This document shows positions 50,428 through 59,410 of a DNA stretch of 61,802 bases, one piece after another. The position numbers and the translations under genes are program-made. Positions within the stretch are counted from its first letter, which is position 1. The number at the start of each line of letters is the position of its first letter. The notes under the pieces are model-generated. The model saw only the letters and a program-made list of their open reading frames with translations, had not been told where the DNA came from and made no database searches. This DNA is from an uncultured Mycoplasmatota bacterium (GTDB taxonomy: Bacteria > Bacillota_I > Bacilli_A > RF39 > UBA660): positions 1-61,802 of the forward strand of contig URUT01000002.1 of NCBI GenBank assembly GCA_900551105.1. Direction: 5' to 3'.

Positions 50428-50633
50428 TTGATACAATTAAAAGAAGTATACAAGAGTATCTAAACAAAGAAATAAAAGTAGTTTCCAAAGAAACAAGAAA
50501 TAAAAACGATGTTTTTTATGGAAATGTATCTGAAATATATTCACACGTATTTATAGTAGATAACGGTATAGAAAAAAGAAGTTATTCTTATGCTGATGTT
50601 TTAAGTAACGACATTTTTATTACATTTTTATAA
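50424..50633 (+). CDS. veg: Veg protein
   Basis: 69 aa. 'IKRSI' and 'RSYSYADVLSNDI' match Veg ('RVSYSYADILT'). Confidence 0.85.
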   Translation: MIDTIKRSIQEYLNKEIKVVSKETRNKNDVFYGNVSEIYSHVFIVDNGIEKRSYSYADVLSNDIFITFL

Positions 50634-50704
50634 AATATATTGCAATTTCATTTTTAATAGTTTACAATTAAATTAGGTTAAAGATCTTAGAAGGAGTGAA
50701 TATT

Positions 50705-50962
50705 ATGCAAATTACATCTGTAACTGTTCGTAAAATTGAAAAAGAAGGCTCAAGAATGAAAGGAATAGCTTCAGTGTTACTAGACGATGCATTCGCAGTA
50801 CATGATATCAGAATTATTGAAGGAGATAATGGACTATTTATTGCTATGCCTAGTAGAAAAACTGCAACTGGTGGTTATAGAGATATCGCTCATCCAATTA
50901 ATCCAGATGTTCGTAAACAATTTGAAGATGCTATTATTGAAGAATTCAACAAAGCTGCATAA
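50705..50962 (+). CDS. spoVG: Septation/sporulation regulator SpoVG
   Basis: '[51 protein letters not shown]'. I prefer the ATG at 50705 (AAGGAG 9 nt upstream) over the GTG at 50696. Confidence 0.93.
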   Translation: MQITSVTVRKIEKEGSRMKGIASVLLDDAFAVHDIRIIEGDNGLFIAMPSRKTATGGYRDIAHPINPDVRKQFEDAIIEEFNKAA

Positions 50963-50990
50963 GATTTGCAAAAACGCAAATCTTTTTTTC
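50962..50990 (+). terminator. Intrinsic terminator after spoVG
   Basis: AGATTTGC-AAAAAC-GCAAATCT followed by TTTTTTT. Confidence 0.8.
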
Positions 50991-51034
50991 ATATATACAC
51001 TCTAGTAATAATATAATTAAACTAGGAGGATACT

Positions 51035-51316
51035 ATGGATAAAATGATTGATGTACCATCTTTTACACATGTTATAAAATTAAATGATAGAAAAAATATC
51101 ATAATCAGTGGAATAAAGAAAATAAATAGCTTTGACGAAAAAGAATTTGACTTAGACAGTATAATGGGCAATATTATTATTAAAGGTGAAAATTTAGAAA
51201 TGATAAAACTAGATACCATTGAAGGAAATGTTTCTATAAAAGGTCAAATCAACAGTTTTTCTTATAGTGATACAGTTCAAAAAGACAATAGTATTTTAAT
51301 GAAATTATTTAAATGA
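51035..51316 (+). CDS. yabP: Sporulation protein YabP
   Basis: 93 aa. 'ISGIKKINSFDEKEFDLDSIMGNIIIKGENLEMIKLD' matches the YabP pattern. Confidence 0.85.
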   Translation: MDKMIDVPSFTHVIKLNDRKNIIISGIKKINSFDEKEFDLDSIMGNIIIKGENLEMIKLDTIEGNVSIKGQINSFSYSDTVQKDNSILMKLFK

Positions 51317-51549
51317 ATCAGTTAATTCTTATATTATATACAATAATTTACACTTTTATTTTTACTTTACTGATCTATAAAATAAAATCATATAGAGTTA
51401 TTTTCACACTAGCTTTATTCATTTTATCAACTCTATATCTATATATTCTTTATAAATTGAATAATGGTAAATTTTATCCACTATTGCAAATAACGAGCAT
51501 ACTTACAATACTACTTGGCATAAAAAGTGTAAAGAAACTAAAAAAATAA
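51313..51549 (+). CDS. yabQ: Spore cortex biosynthesis protein YabQ
   Basis: 78-aa multi-TM protein that overlaps the yabP stop by 4 nt, in the syntenic position. Confidence 0.7.
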   Translation: MNQLILILYTIIYTFIFTLLIYKIKSYRVIFTLALFILSTLYLYILYKLNNGKFYPLLQITSILTILLGIKSVKKLKK

Positions 51550-51608
51550 AAAAAATTATCTTCAAAAACCATATTTTGTGTTATCATTCATAATGAAGGA
51601 GAATAAAT

Positions 51609-51908
51609 ATGGCAAGAAAAAAAGCAAAAAGAAGATTTTTGATTTATTCATTATTAAGTTTATCTATATTGGCTTATCTTGCTGTATTTGGCTATAAATA
51701 CTGGAGTGATATTTTAAGTAACAACAAAGAAACAAAAGAATTAGAAGCAAAATATCAATCTCTTTTAGAAGAAGAACAAGAATTAAACAGTGAAGTAACA
51801 AAACTTCAAGACGAAGAATATGTAGCAAAATATGCTAGAGAAAAATATATGTACTCAAAAGATGGCGAATATATTATAAAAATCGCAGAGAAAGACAAAT
51901 CAAACTAA
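51609..51908 (+). CDS. divIC: Septum formation initiator DivIC/FtsB family
   Basis: 99 aa with an N-terminal TM segment and a coiled coil ('LEAKYQSLLEEEQELNSEVTKLQDEEY'). It follows yabQ. Confidence 0.8.
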   Translation: MARKKAKRRFLIYSLLSLSILAYLAVFGYKYWSDILSNNKETKELEAKYQSLLEEEQELNSEVTKLQDEEYVAKYAREKYMYSKDGEYIIKIAEKDKSN

Positions 51909-51935
51909 TTCCTAAATTTTCCTTCACAAACTAAT

Positions 51936-51964
51936 TTGACTATTTGTCTTTTTTTTGATAGAAT
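51936..51964 (+). promoter_or_regulatory. Promoter of ssrA
   Basis: TTGACT, 17 nt, extended -10 TGaTAGAAT. Confidence 0.6.
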
Positions 51965-51978
51965 TAATAAAGGTTTAC

Positions 51979-52336
51979 GGGGTCGTTTATGGTTTCGACA
52001 GAATATATTGAATTATATTTGCAAGTGGTTGGCTATTCCTAAAATAGCAAACAGTTAAAATAACTGACAAACCTAATTATAATACAGCTTTAGCATTCGC
52101 CTAGTAATTGGCTGCAAAGCACTGCTTTCTTATTGACTTTCCACAATATAAGTTAGCGGTTCATAGTAGTGGAATATATTTAAGTAATGTTTCGTTATTT
52201 AAATGAAATTTTAGAAACTTAGTTAATATATACTTTGATAATTTGCAGATATTAATGAAATAATAAATTATCTAAACTTGTAGAAGATATAATTTAAGTA
52301 TTTTGGACAGCGGTTCAAGTCCGCTCGGCTCCACCA
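51979..52336 (+). ncRNA. ssrA: Transfer-messenger RNA (tmRNA)
   Basis: The 5' end GGGGUCGUUUAUGGUUUCGAC pairs with the 3' end GGUUCAAGUCCGCUCGGCUCCACCA. The pre-tag sequence GUUAAAAUAACU is identical to B. subtilis. The tag ORF GAC..GCC (52066-52101) encodes (A)DKPNYNTALAFA, followed by UAG UAA. Confidence 0.95.
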
Positions 52337-52468
52337 AATAGCATTTAAAGCCTAAATATAAGGGCTTTTTTATTTTCTTAAAACTATAATCAATCAAATA
52401 TATTAAATTATGATATAATCTACTTATGAAAACAATTTCTATAATAAAGTTTTAGAAAAGAGGTACTT

Positions 52469-53761
52469 ATGATAAATAACGAAGAAATTGAAAAAATTAA
52501 TGAGGAACTTTTACAAGATAAGAATAATAAAATAATGCATAGAATTTTAAATAAAGTTTCTCTAAATGATTTAATAACAGACCAAGACACAGTCTTAAAA
52601 AATGATTTTAACATTAATATCAACACTCACAAAGTAACTGACCAAAAAAAATCAGGAAGATGCTGGGCATTTGCGGGTCTAAATTTAATTAGAGAACAAA
52701 TTATTGAAAAGTGTAATATTGACAATATTGTTTTATCTGGGAGTTACATCGCCTTCTACGATAAATTAGAAAAAACTAATTATATTTTTGAAAGAATAAT
52801 TAGATTAATTAAAGAAGGTCAAAAAGTATATAGTGAAAAAATGGAAAGACTTCTAAATAACGGGCTAGGTGATGGTGGCTACTTCTACCAATTTGTAGAT
52901 TTAATAGATAAATATGGAATAGTACCAGAAAATAATTTTTCAGAAAATTATCATTCATCAAATACAGTAGACTTAAATTTCATAATATCCCGCTTAATTA
53001 GAAAATTCTATTTAGCAGTAGAAAAAAATCTTAAAGAAAGCAAAAAAATTAAAAAAGAGTATTTAGAAAAATTATATAAATTACTTGTAACATTCTATGG
53101 TATACCACCAAAAACATTTTCTTTTGAATATACAGATAAAAAAGGCAATTATCATATAGAACCAAATTTAACTCCAAAAGAATTCTATAATAAGTTTGTT
53201 GGTGAAGACTTTCTAAAAGACTGCATCGAAATATCAAGCTATGAAGATGAAAAAATAAAATATAACAATTATTACGAATTAGAAGATAATAAAAGAATGT
53301 ATGAAAAAGACTTCTATAAAATTCTTAATCTACCAGAAAAAGCTGTTATAAGATTAGTAATAAAACAACTTAAAAACAAAGAACCAGTTTATCTATGCAG
53401 TATTACATCAAACAATATAATAAATGGTTTATGGAATGATTTAGCTAGGAGTTATGGCGAATTACTAAACGTAGATATAACAATGAACCGGAACGAGATA
53501 TTAAAAACCAATAGTGTCCCAGGAGCTCACGCAATGCTTTTAACAGGAGTAAATGTCGTTAATGGCCAAACTACAAGATGGAAACTTGAAAACAGTTGGG
53601 GTCCTAACAATGGAATTCAAGGATACTGGCAAGCAACTAATGAATATATGAAAAATTATGTTTATAGAGTAGTAATTAGAAAAAAATATTTAACCAAAAA
53701 ACAACAAGATCTTCTTAGTGAAAAACCAATAATATTAAAACAAGAGGAACAAAAATTTTAA
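52469..53761 (+). CDS. pepC: Aminopeptidase C (C1B bleomycin-hydrolase family)
   Basis: 430 aa with the catalytic 'QKKSGRCWAFA', 'HAMLLTG' and 'ENSWG'. Confidence 0.9.
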   Translation: MINNEEIEKINEELLQDKNNKIMHRILNKVSLNDLITDQDTVLKNDFNININTHKVTDQKKSGRCWAFAGLNLIREQIIEKCNIDNIVLSGSYIAFYDKLEKTNYIFERIIRLIKEGQKVYSEKMERLLNNGLGDGGYFYQFVDLIDKYGIVPENNFSENYHSSNTVDLNFIISRLIRKFYLAVEKNLKESKKIKKEYLEKLYKLLVTFYGIPPKTFSFEYTDKKGNYHIEPNLTPKEFYNKFVGEDFLKDCIEISSYEDEKIKYNNYYELEDNKRMYEKDFYKILNLPEKAVIRLVIKQLKNKEPVYLCSITSNNIINGLWNDLARSYGELLNVDITMNRNEILKTNSVPGAHAMLLTGVNVVNGQTTRWKLENSWGPNNGIQGYWQATNEYMKNYVYRVVIRKKYLTKKQQDLLSEKPIILKQEEQKF

Positions 53762-53841
53762 ATAGGTTATAAAATATTGCTTTTTTCTAAGAAAATATTG
53801 AAAAAAATCAATAAAAAAGATAAAATATTTTTAGGAGGTAT

Positions 53842-54687
53842 ATGATGAATAGTAAATTAAAAAGCTGGATTATTGCAATCATTGTAATAATAATACTTTT
53901 AATACCAATTTTTGTTGACTACTTTAATGCAAATAATATTTCAAGTATTAAGAAATATGATAGTTTTTCAGAATTGGTTAATAAGGGCGGTTTTATAGTA
54001 TCTTACGTAGGTGACTCAAGTGAAACATACGAAAGCAAAAAAGAAATTATGCTAAATTTAAAGAAACAGTACAATACTGATAGTACACCAGCAGAATTTG
54101 ATTTCATTGCTTTTGATAAACTAAGCGATGAAGATATTGAAAAATTCCAAAAAGATAATAGTAACTTTAAAAAAGATACTTGGATAATTACAAATGAAAA
54201 AAGTACAGTTTATTTATCTAATGACGAATTATCTGAAACAGAACTTTCAAAATTAGTAAATAAGTACTTAAACCATGTTGTTGAAGAAGATGAAATCGCT
54301 TATAAAACAGTTTCTACTTATGCAGAATACATGAAAGCAATTAAAAGTAAAAATACTATTATGACAGTATTTGGTAGAAATTCATGTTATTATTGTAATA
54401 AGTTTAAACCAGTTTACAATGACATTGCAAAAGAGAAAAACATTGATATTTATTACATCGATTCAGACTCATTTGATAAAGATGAATATGAAAAAATAAT
54501 GAAATCAGAGTTAGTTATTCCTGCAAAATGTACTGATAGTAAAGAAAAAGATTTACCATTATCTTCAGGATTTGGTACTCCATTAACAATCTTTACTAAA
54601 AAAGGAAAATCAGTAGATTGCATTAGCGGTTACATTAATTCAGCAAGCTTAGAAAGCAAATTAAAAAGCGTTGGAATGATTGATTAA
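53842..54687 (+). CDS. Membrane-anchored thioredoxin-fold protein
   Basis: 281 aa with an N-terminal TM segment and the CxxC motif 'FGRNSCYYCNKFKPVY' in the C-terminal Trx-like domain. Confidence 0.6.
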   Translation: MMNSKLKSWIIAIIVIIILLIPIFVDYFNANNISSIKKYDSFSELVNKGGFIVSYVGDSSETYESKKEIMLNLKKQYNTDSTPAEFDFIAFDKLSDEDIEKFQKDNSNFKKDTWIITNEKSTVYLSNDELSETELSKLVNKYLNHVVEEDEIAYKTVSTYAEYMKAIKSKNTIMTVFGRNSCYYCNKFKPVYNDIAKEKNIDIYYIDSDSFDKDEYEKIMKSELVIPAKCTDSKEKDLPLSSGFGTPLTIFTKKGKSVDCISGYINSASLESKLKSVGMID

Positions 54688-54699
54688 TAAGGAGGAACT

Positions 54700-55131
54700 A
54701 TGGCTACTGCGTACGATTTAATAAAAGAATTTAAAAAAAAATATCCATCAACAATTTGCTGGTGGCGAACAAAGAAACATGCAAAGTTAGTGGATGACAA
54801 TTTAAATCCTGGCGAAGAAGTAATATATGCTTTTGCCGCACAAAATAATAACGATCATGGAAATATTTTTGATACAGGTGTATTAGCACTGACTAATCAA
54901 AGACTAATTGTTGCTCAAAATCGATTGTTAATTGGATATAAAATCAATTCAATTACTCCAGAGTTATATAATGACATGCAAATTAATGCAGGAATTATAT
55001 GGGGAACAGTTACCATAGACACTATGAAAGAAGTAATATACTTTTCTAACATTTCAAAAAAAGCTTTACCAGAAATTCAAATCACAATTAATTCATATAT
55101 GGTAGAGGCTAGAAAAAAGAATTCGAAATGA
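54700..55131 (+). CDS. Bacterial PH-domain-like protein (YokE-like)
   Basis: 143 aa. 'GEEVIYAFAAQ...GVLALTNQRLIVAQ' is typical of bacterial PH/GRAM-like domains. Strong SD AAGGAGGA. Confidence 0.45.
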   Translation: MATAYDLIKEFKKKYPSTICWWRTKKHAKLVDDNLNPGEEVIYAFAAQNNNDHGNIFDTGVLALTNQRLIVAQNRLLIGYKINSITPELYNDMQINAGIIWGTVTIDTMKEVIYFSNISKKALPEIQITINSYMVEARKKNSK

Positions 55132-55157
55132 GTTCTTTTTTTCAAAAGAGGTAATAA

Positions 55158-56204
55158 ATGAAGAAAATATATATATTAATTATAACAATCGTATTATTAT
55201 TTATTAGTTTTTTAATCACACTTTATATACCAAAAAACTATGAAATAAGTTATAAATTAGACCAGTATGAAATAAATGAAAAATATAATAAAGAAAAAAA
55301 ACAATATACATTCTTAGTAAAATATGAAGATATCGAGTATCCATTTTTGATAAATCATAAATATACAAAAAAGCAAAAATTAATAAAAGATATAAACAAA
55401 GTAGATAAATGTTTATCAATTAACGCATTAGACAATAATTATGAACTTTGTACGGAAAATAATAAATTTATTATAAATAATATAAGTGACGCAAATAATA
55501 AAAAAGACTTAAAGTCACTAACAGTATTAAATGAATTTGACGAAAAAATCTACGTATGGAATTATAAGGGGTATACTCAAATCTTTCATAATAATACCGA
55601 AACAATCAATATTTTAAATAATGATAATTATGAAAATAAAATAGCAATCAAAACTAAGAAATACTTACTTACAGCAAATTACGATGATAAATATGAAATA
55701 AATAAATTAATAATAATAAATACTAATAATAATAAACAAAAAGACCTAAACTTAGAGACTTCAATATCACAAAACAGTTATTTTTTAGGAGAGTATAAAG
55801 AAAAACTATATTTAGTTGATAAAAAAAATAAATATGAATATGAAATTAATCCTAAAAATAATAAAATAAAAATATTTAATAAAGATAATCAAGGTTATAT
55901 TTATGATGAAGGCTGGATTAACATATCCATGAACAAACTAGTTAATGAAAAATATGCATTTACTATTTCAAACCCTTACAACTTTCAATTAAGCGAAGAT
56001 AAATTAACGATGAAAATAAATCATCAAATAATTCAAATTTCAAACAAGAAAATATCTTCAATAGTAGAAATAAATGAAGATACCATATACTTTATTAGTG
56101 ATGATACTCTCTATAAATACACATATGGAAAAAATATAATTCCTCTAATAAAAAATACTGAGTGGAAATTTAATTACAATAATCAATTATTCATATTTAA
56201 TTAA
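55158..56204 (+). CDS. Hypothetical membrane-anchored extracellular protein (Asn/Lys-rich, beta-rich)
   Basis: 348 aa with one N-terminal TM segment. I recognise no family. Confidence 0.5.
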   Translation: MKKIYILIITIVLLFISFLITLYIPKNYEISYKLDQYEINEKYNKEKKQYTFLVKYEDIEYPFLINHKYTKKQKLIKDINKVDKCLSINALDNNYELCTENNKFIINNISDANNKKDLKSLTVLNEFDEKIYVWNYKGYTQIFHNNTETINILNNDNYENKIAIKTKKYLLTANYDDKYEINKLIIINTNNNKQKDLNLETSISQNSYFLGEYKEKLYLVDKKNKYEYEINPKNNKIKIFNKDNQGYIYDEGWINISMNKLVNEKYAFTISNPYNFQLSEDKLTMKINHQIIQISNKKISSIVEINEDTIYFISDDTLYKYTYGKNIIPLIKNTEWKFNYNNQLFIFN

Positions 56205-56247
56205 CAAAAAAATTCTTATTGAATACTCTATACTAGGAGTGATGAAA

Positions 56248-56577
56248 ATGTATAATAAATATGATGAAGGCGATTCACAAACTTACTACGATTACTACAC
56301 AATAAAAAGAGGAGATAACTTATATCAAATAGCCAAAAGTTATAATGTTAATGCTTCTTTACTTGCAGCATTAAATGGAATGGACTTAAACGAATATATT
56401 TATCCAAATCAAGTAATAATGGTTCCTAAAAATAATTTTTCTTATTATATTACAAAAGATGGAGACACTTTGGATTTAGTAGCAAACACTTTTAATACGA
56501 ACATAAATAATTTAACTTCAGAAAATCAAACAATTTATTTAAGAGAAGGACAATTAATAGTCCACAAAAATAACTAA
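56248..56577 (+). CDS. Protein with two LysM domains
   Basis: 'YTIKRGDNLYQIAKSYNVNASLLAALNG' and 'YITKDGDTLDLVANTFNTNINNLTSEN'. I prefer the ATG at 56248 (AGGAG 8 nt upstream). Confidence 0.8.
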   Translation: MYNKYDEGDSQTYYDYYTIKRGDNLYQIAKSYNVNASLLAALNGMDLNEYIYPNQVIMVPKNNFSYYITKDGDTLDLVANTFNTNINNLTSENQTIYLREGQLIVHKNN

Positions 56578-56636
56578 GAAATTGATTTGATTTCTTTTTT
56601 TTTTATGATAAAATAAACTTGATAATAGGTGATAAC

Positions 56637-58235
56637 ATGATTTTTAAAAAGCCATATGCATTTTTAATTAAAAATTTTAAACTAATCCACATTATTTTAT
56701 GTGTTGTAATAATCTACATAACAAATAAATTTAATTCATTAGTGACTTTTTTCGGTGATCTATCTAGAAATTCCGTTAAAGTTGTAGAAGGAACAGCAGG
56801 ACAATATATAACACTTTTATTTGTATTAGCCGTGTTAATAACCTTAGTGTTTTCAACATTAATGGCTATATTAATGAAAAAAAAGAAAAAACCAAACACT
56901 TTTTATATAATTACCGACGTGTATTATTCAATTATTTTAATTTTATTAGTAGTTGCATCATCAAGAATAAGATCGTTATACGGTGCGGGAACAACTCTGC
57001 AAGTTACAAGAGCACTAAGAGATATTTATCTTATAATGTCTTTCCCAAATTATTACTTTATAATAATGAGTCTTATTAGAGGCATAGGTTTTGATATTAA
57101 AAAATTTAATTTTAGAAAAGACCTTGAAGACTTAGAAATAAGTACTAATGATAATGAAGAATTTGAATTTGTCTTAGGAAAAGATACTTATAAATATACA
57201 AGAAAAGCAAGAAGATTTTTTAGAGAAATAAAGTATTATGTCTTAGAGCACAAATTTATTTTTACTATATTAGGTGGCATCTTAGGAATTACTTTTTTAA
57301 TAATTATTGTGTTAAATATAAACTTTGGAAACCCCACTCATAGAATGGGGAAAACCGCAACTGCAAAGGGACTTCAAATAACTGTAAATAATGCCTATGA
57401 AACCGCATACGATTATAATGGTAATATAGTAGATAAATCATACAAATATATAATTGTTGATCTTTCCCTTCAAAGTGTTTACAATGAAAAAAACTTAAAT
57501 AGAGACGAAGTATATTTATCATATGGTAGTAAAAAAGTATATTTTAAAAATACCCTAAAAGATTATTTTATAGATTTTGGTAAAGCATATAATGGTGCAG
57601 CTATCTCAACGAAACAAGCAGAAAGAAGCATTCTTATATTTGAATTACCAGCAAAGGAAAATGCAACGTCATACAAATTAAATTTTTTAAATCAAGCTAC
57701 GGCAGATGAAGAAAACATTTATACTTATGAATACACAAAATTTAAAATTAAACCTCAAAAAATAGATAAAAATATTATAGAAGAGAATAAAAACTTTAAC
57801 GAAACAATATATTTAGGCGAGTTAAACTATAATAAAACCTCATTACTTATTAAAGACGCAGAAATAGTACCTTACTATGAATATAAATATGAATTATGTG
57901 AAAACAACGAATGCAAAGAATATATTAGTGTAGAAAAAGTAGAAAATGGTGCTATGCAAAAATTGATGGTTATTAATTATAATATTAATTTAGACAATAC
58001 CATTCCAATTCTAAATAGCTTTAATTCCAATAAAGAGACATCACTATTTAATAAAATATTAAAAATTAGGTATAACTATAACGATAAATCATATATTTAT
58101 AGTGGAACAACCAAAATCAATTCCAATATTAAGGATACATTGTTTTTAACAATTGATAACAAAGTTGCATCATCCACAGAAAAAGAATTATTAATTAATA
58201 CAAGACAAGGCAAATATTTTATAAACTTATCGTAA
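56637..58235 (+). CDS. Polytopic membrane protein with an extracellular DUF4352-like Ig domain
   Basis: About 5 TM segments are followed by 'GLQITVNNAYE...YIIVDLSLQSV...ERSILIFELPAKE', resembling DUF4352. I prefer the ATG at 56637 (AGGTGA upstream). Confidence 0.5.
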   Translation: MIFKKPYAFLIKNFKLIHIILCVVIIYITNKFNSLVTFFGDLSRNSVKVVEGTAGQYITLLFVLAVLITLVFSTLMAILMKKKKKPNTFYIITDVYYSIILILLVVASSRIRSLYGAGTTLQVTRALRDIYLIMSFPNYYFIIMSLIRGIGFDIKKFNFRKDLEDLEISTNDNEEFEFVLGKDTYKYTRKARRFFREIKYYVLEHKFIFTILGGILGITFLIIIVLNINFGNPTHRMGKTATAKGLQITVNNAYETAYDYNGNIVDKSYKYIIVDLSLQSVYNEKNLNRDEVYLSYGSKKVYFKNTLKDYFIDFGKAYNGAAISTKQAERSILIFELPAKENATSYKLNFLNQATADEENIYTYEYTKFKIKPQKIDKNIIEENKNFNETIYLGELNYNKTSLLIKDAEIVPYYEYKYELCENNECKEYISVEKVENGAMQKLMVINYNINLDNTIPILNSFNSNKETSLFNKILKIRYNYNDKSYIYSGTTKINSNIKDTLFLTIDNKVASSTEKELLINTRQGKYFINLS

Positions 58236-58239
58236 ATTA

Positions 58240-58268
58240 TTGAAAAGATTATATTCTTTTGATATAAT
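58240..58268 (+). promoter_or_regulatory. Promoter of tRNA-Cys
   Basis: TTGAAA, 17 nt, extended -10 TGaTATAAT, ending 9 nt before the tRNA 5' end. Confidence 0.65.
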
Positions 58269-58277
58269 CTTCTTGTA

Positions 58278-58352
58278 CGGGGCTTTAGCCAAGTGGTAAG
58301 GCAAGGGACTGCAACTCCCTGAGCACCGGTTCAAATCCGGTAGGCCCCTCCA
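58278..58352 (+). tRNA. tRNA-Cys (anticodon GCA), CCA encoded
   Basis: Cloverleaf with acceptor GGGGCTT/AGGCCCC, D-arm GCCAAGTGGTAAGGC, anticodon stem-loop GGGA-CUGCAAC-UCCC, T-arm ACCGG-TTCAAAT-CCGGT, discriminator T, then CCA. Confidence 0.9.
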
Positions 58353-58362
58353 TAAATAAATT

Positions 58363-58387
58363 AGTATCATTTTATGATACTTTTTTA
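58363..58387 (+). terminator. Intrinsic terminator after tRNA-Cys
   Basis: AGTATCAT-TTT-ATGATACT followed by TTTTTT. Confidence 0.8.
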
Positions 58388-58483
58388 ATGACTAAAACTA
58401 CAACAATATAATTTTTTCTTTTTTAAGAATTTTAAAAATTGACAATATAATTAAGCATAGATATAATTAAATGGGTGAAACAA

Positions 58484-59410
58484 ATGAAAAACTGTACAAT
58501 AATATATAACCCTAATAGTGGACATGTATTTAAAACTAAATATTTAAAAGAATATAAAAAAATATTAACTAAAAATGGATATAATCCAAAATTTATTGGA
58601 ACACAATATAGTGGACATGCAAAAGAAATAGTTAATCATTTAGAACCAACAGATCTAGTTATCTCAATGGGTGGAGATGGAACTTTTAATGAAGTTATGT
58701 CAGGTAATCTTGAAAGAAAGAAACCATTAATTTTAGCTCACATACCAGTTGGCACAACTAATGATGTTGGTGTAATGTTTGGCTATGGCAAAGACATCAA
58801 AAAGAACTTAAACTTACTTTTAGATGGTACAATAAAAGGAATGGATATATGTGTAATAAATGGAAGACCCTTTGTTTATGTAGCAGGCTTTGGTAAATTT
58901 ATGCAAATTCCATATAATACACCACGTAAATTAAAGAAAAAGTATGGTTATATGGCTTATCTACTAGAAGGAGTAAAAGACTTCTTTAATCCTACTAAAA
59001 TGTATGATATTACCTACAAAGTAAATGGTATCGAAAAAAGAGGATTATATTCATTTATGTTAATTTCAAATGCAAATCGCATTGCGGGAATTAATAATTT
59101 TTATAAAGATGTTAAACTAGATGATAATCAATTCGAAGTATTATTTTGTAATTTTAAAAGACGTGTTGATATTATAAAAACATTTACAATTTTAATGACC
59201 ACAGATATAGAAAGAATATCTGGAGTTGAATTTTATAAAACAAATCATTTAGAAATTAAATTTGCTGACTATCCGAAAAAAGCATGGTGCATTGATGGTG
59301 AAAAATTAGATAGAGCAGTCTTAAACTATGACATCAGTAATGTTAGAAATGTCAAAATAATGATGCCCAAAAAGAATATTAATAAAATTTTTGTAAATAA
59401 AAAAGTTTAA
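58484..59410 (+). CDS. Diacylglycerol/lipid kinase family protein (DagK/YegS-like)
   Basis: 'IIYNPNSG' and 'GGDGTFNEV'. I prefer the ATG at 58484 (GGGTGA upstream). The promoter TTGACA, 17 nt, TATAAT lies at about 58437-58465. Confidence 0.85.
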   Translation: MKNCTIIYNPNSGHVFKTKYLKEYKKILTKNGYNPKFIGTQYSGHAKEIVNHLEPTDLVISMGGDGTFNEVMSGNLERKKPLILAHIPVGTTNDVGVMFGYGKDIKKNLNLLLDGTIKGMDICVINGRPFVYVAGFGKFMQIPYNTPRKLKKKYGYMAYLLEGVKDFFNPTKMYDITYKVNGIEKRGLYSFMLISNANRIAGINNFYKDVKLDDNQFEVLFCNFKRRVDIIKTFTILMTTDIERISGVEFYKTNHLEIKFADYPKKAWCIDGEKLDRAVLNYDISNVRNVKIMMPKKNINKIFVNKKV

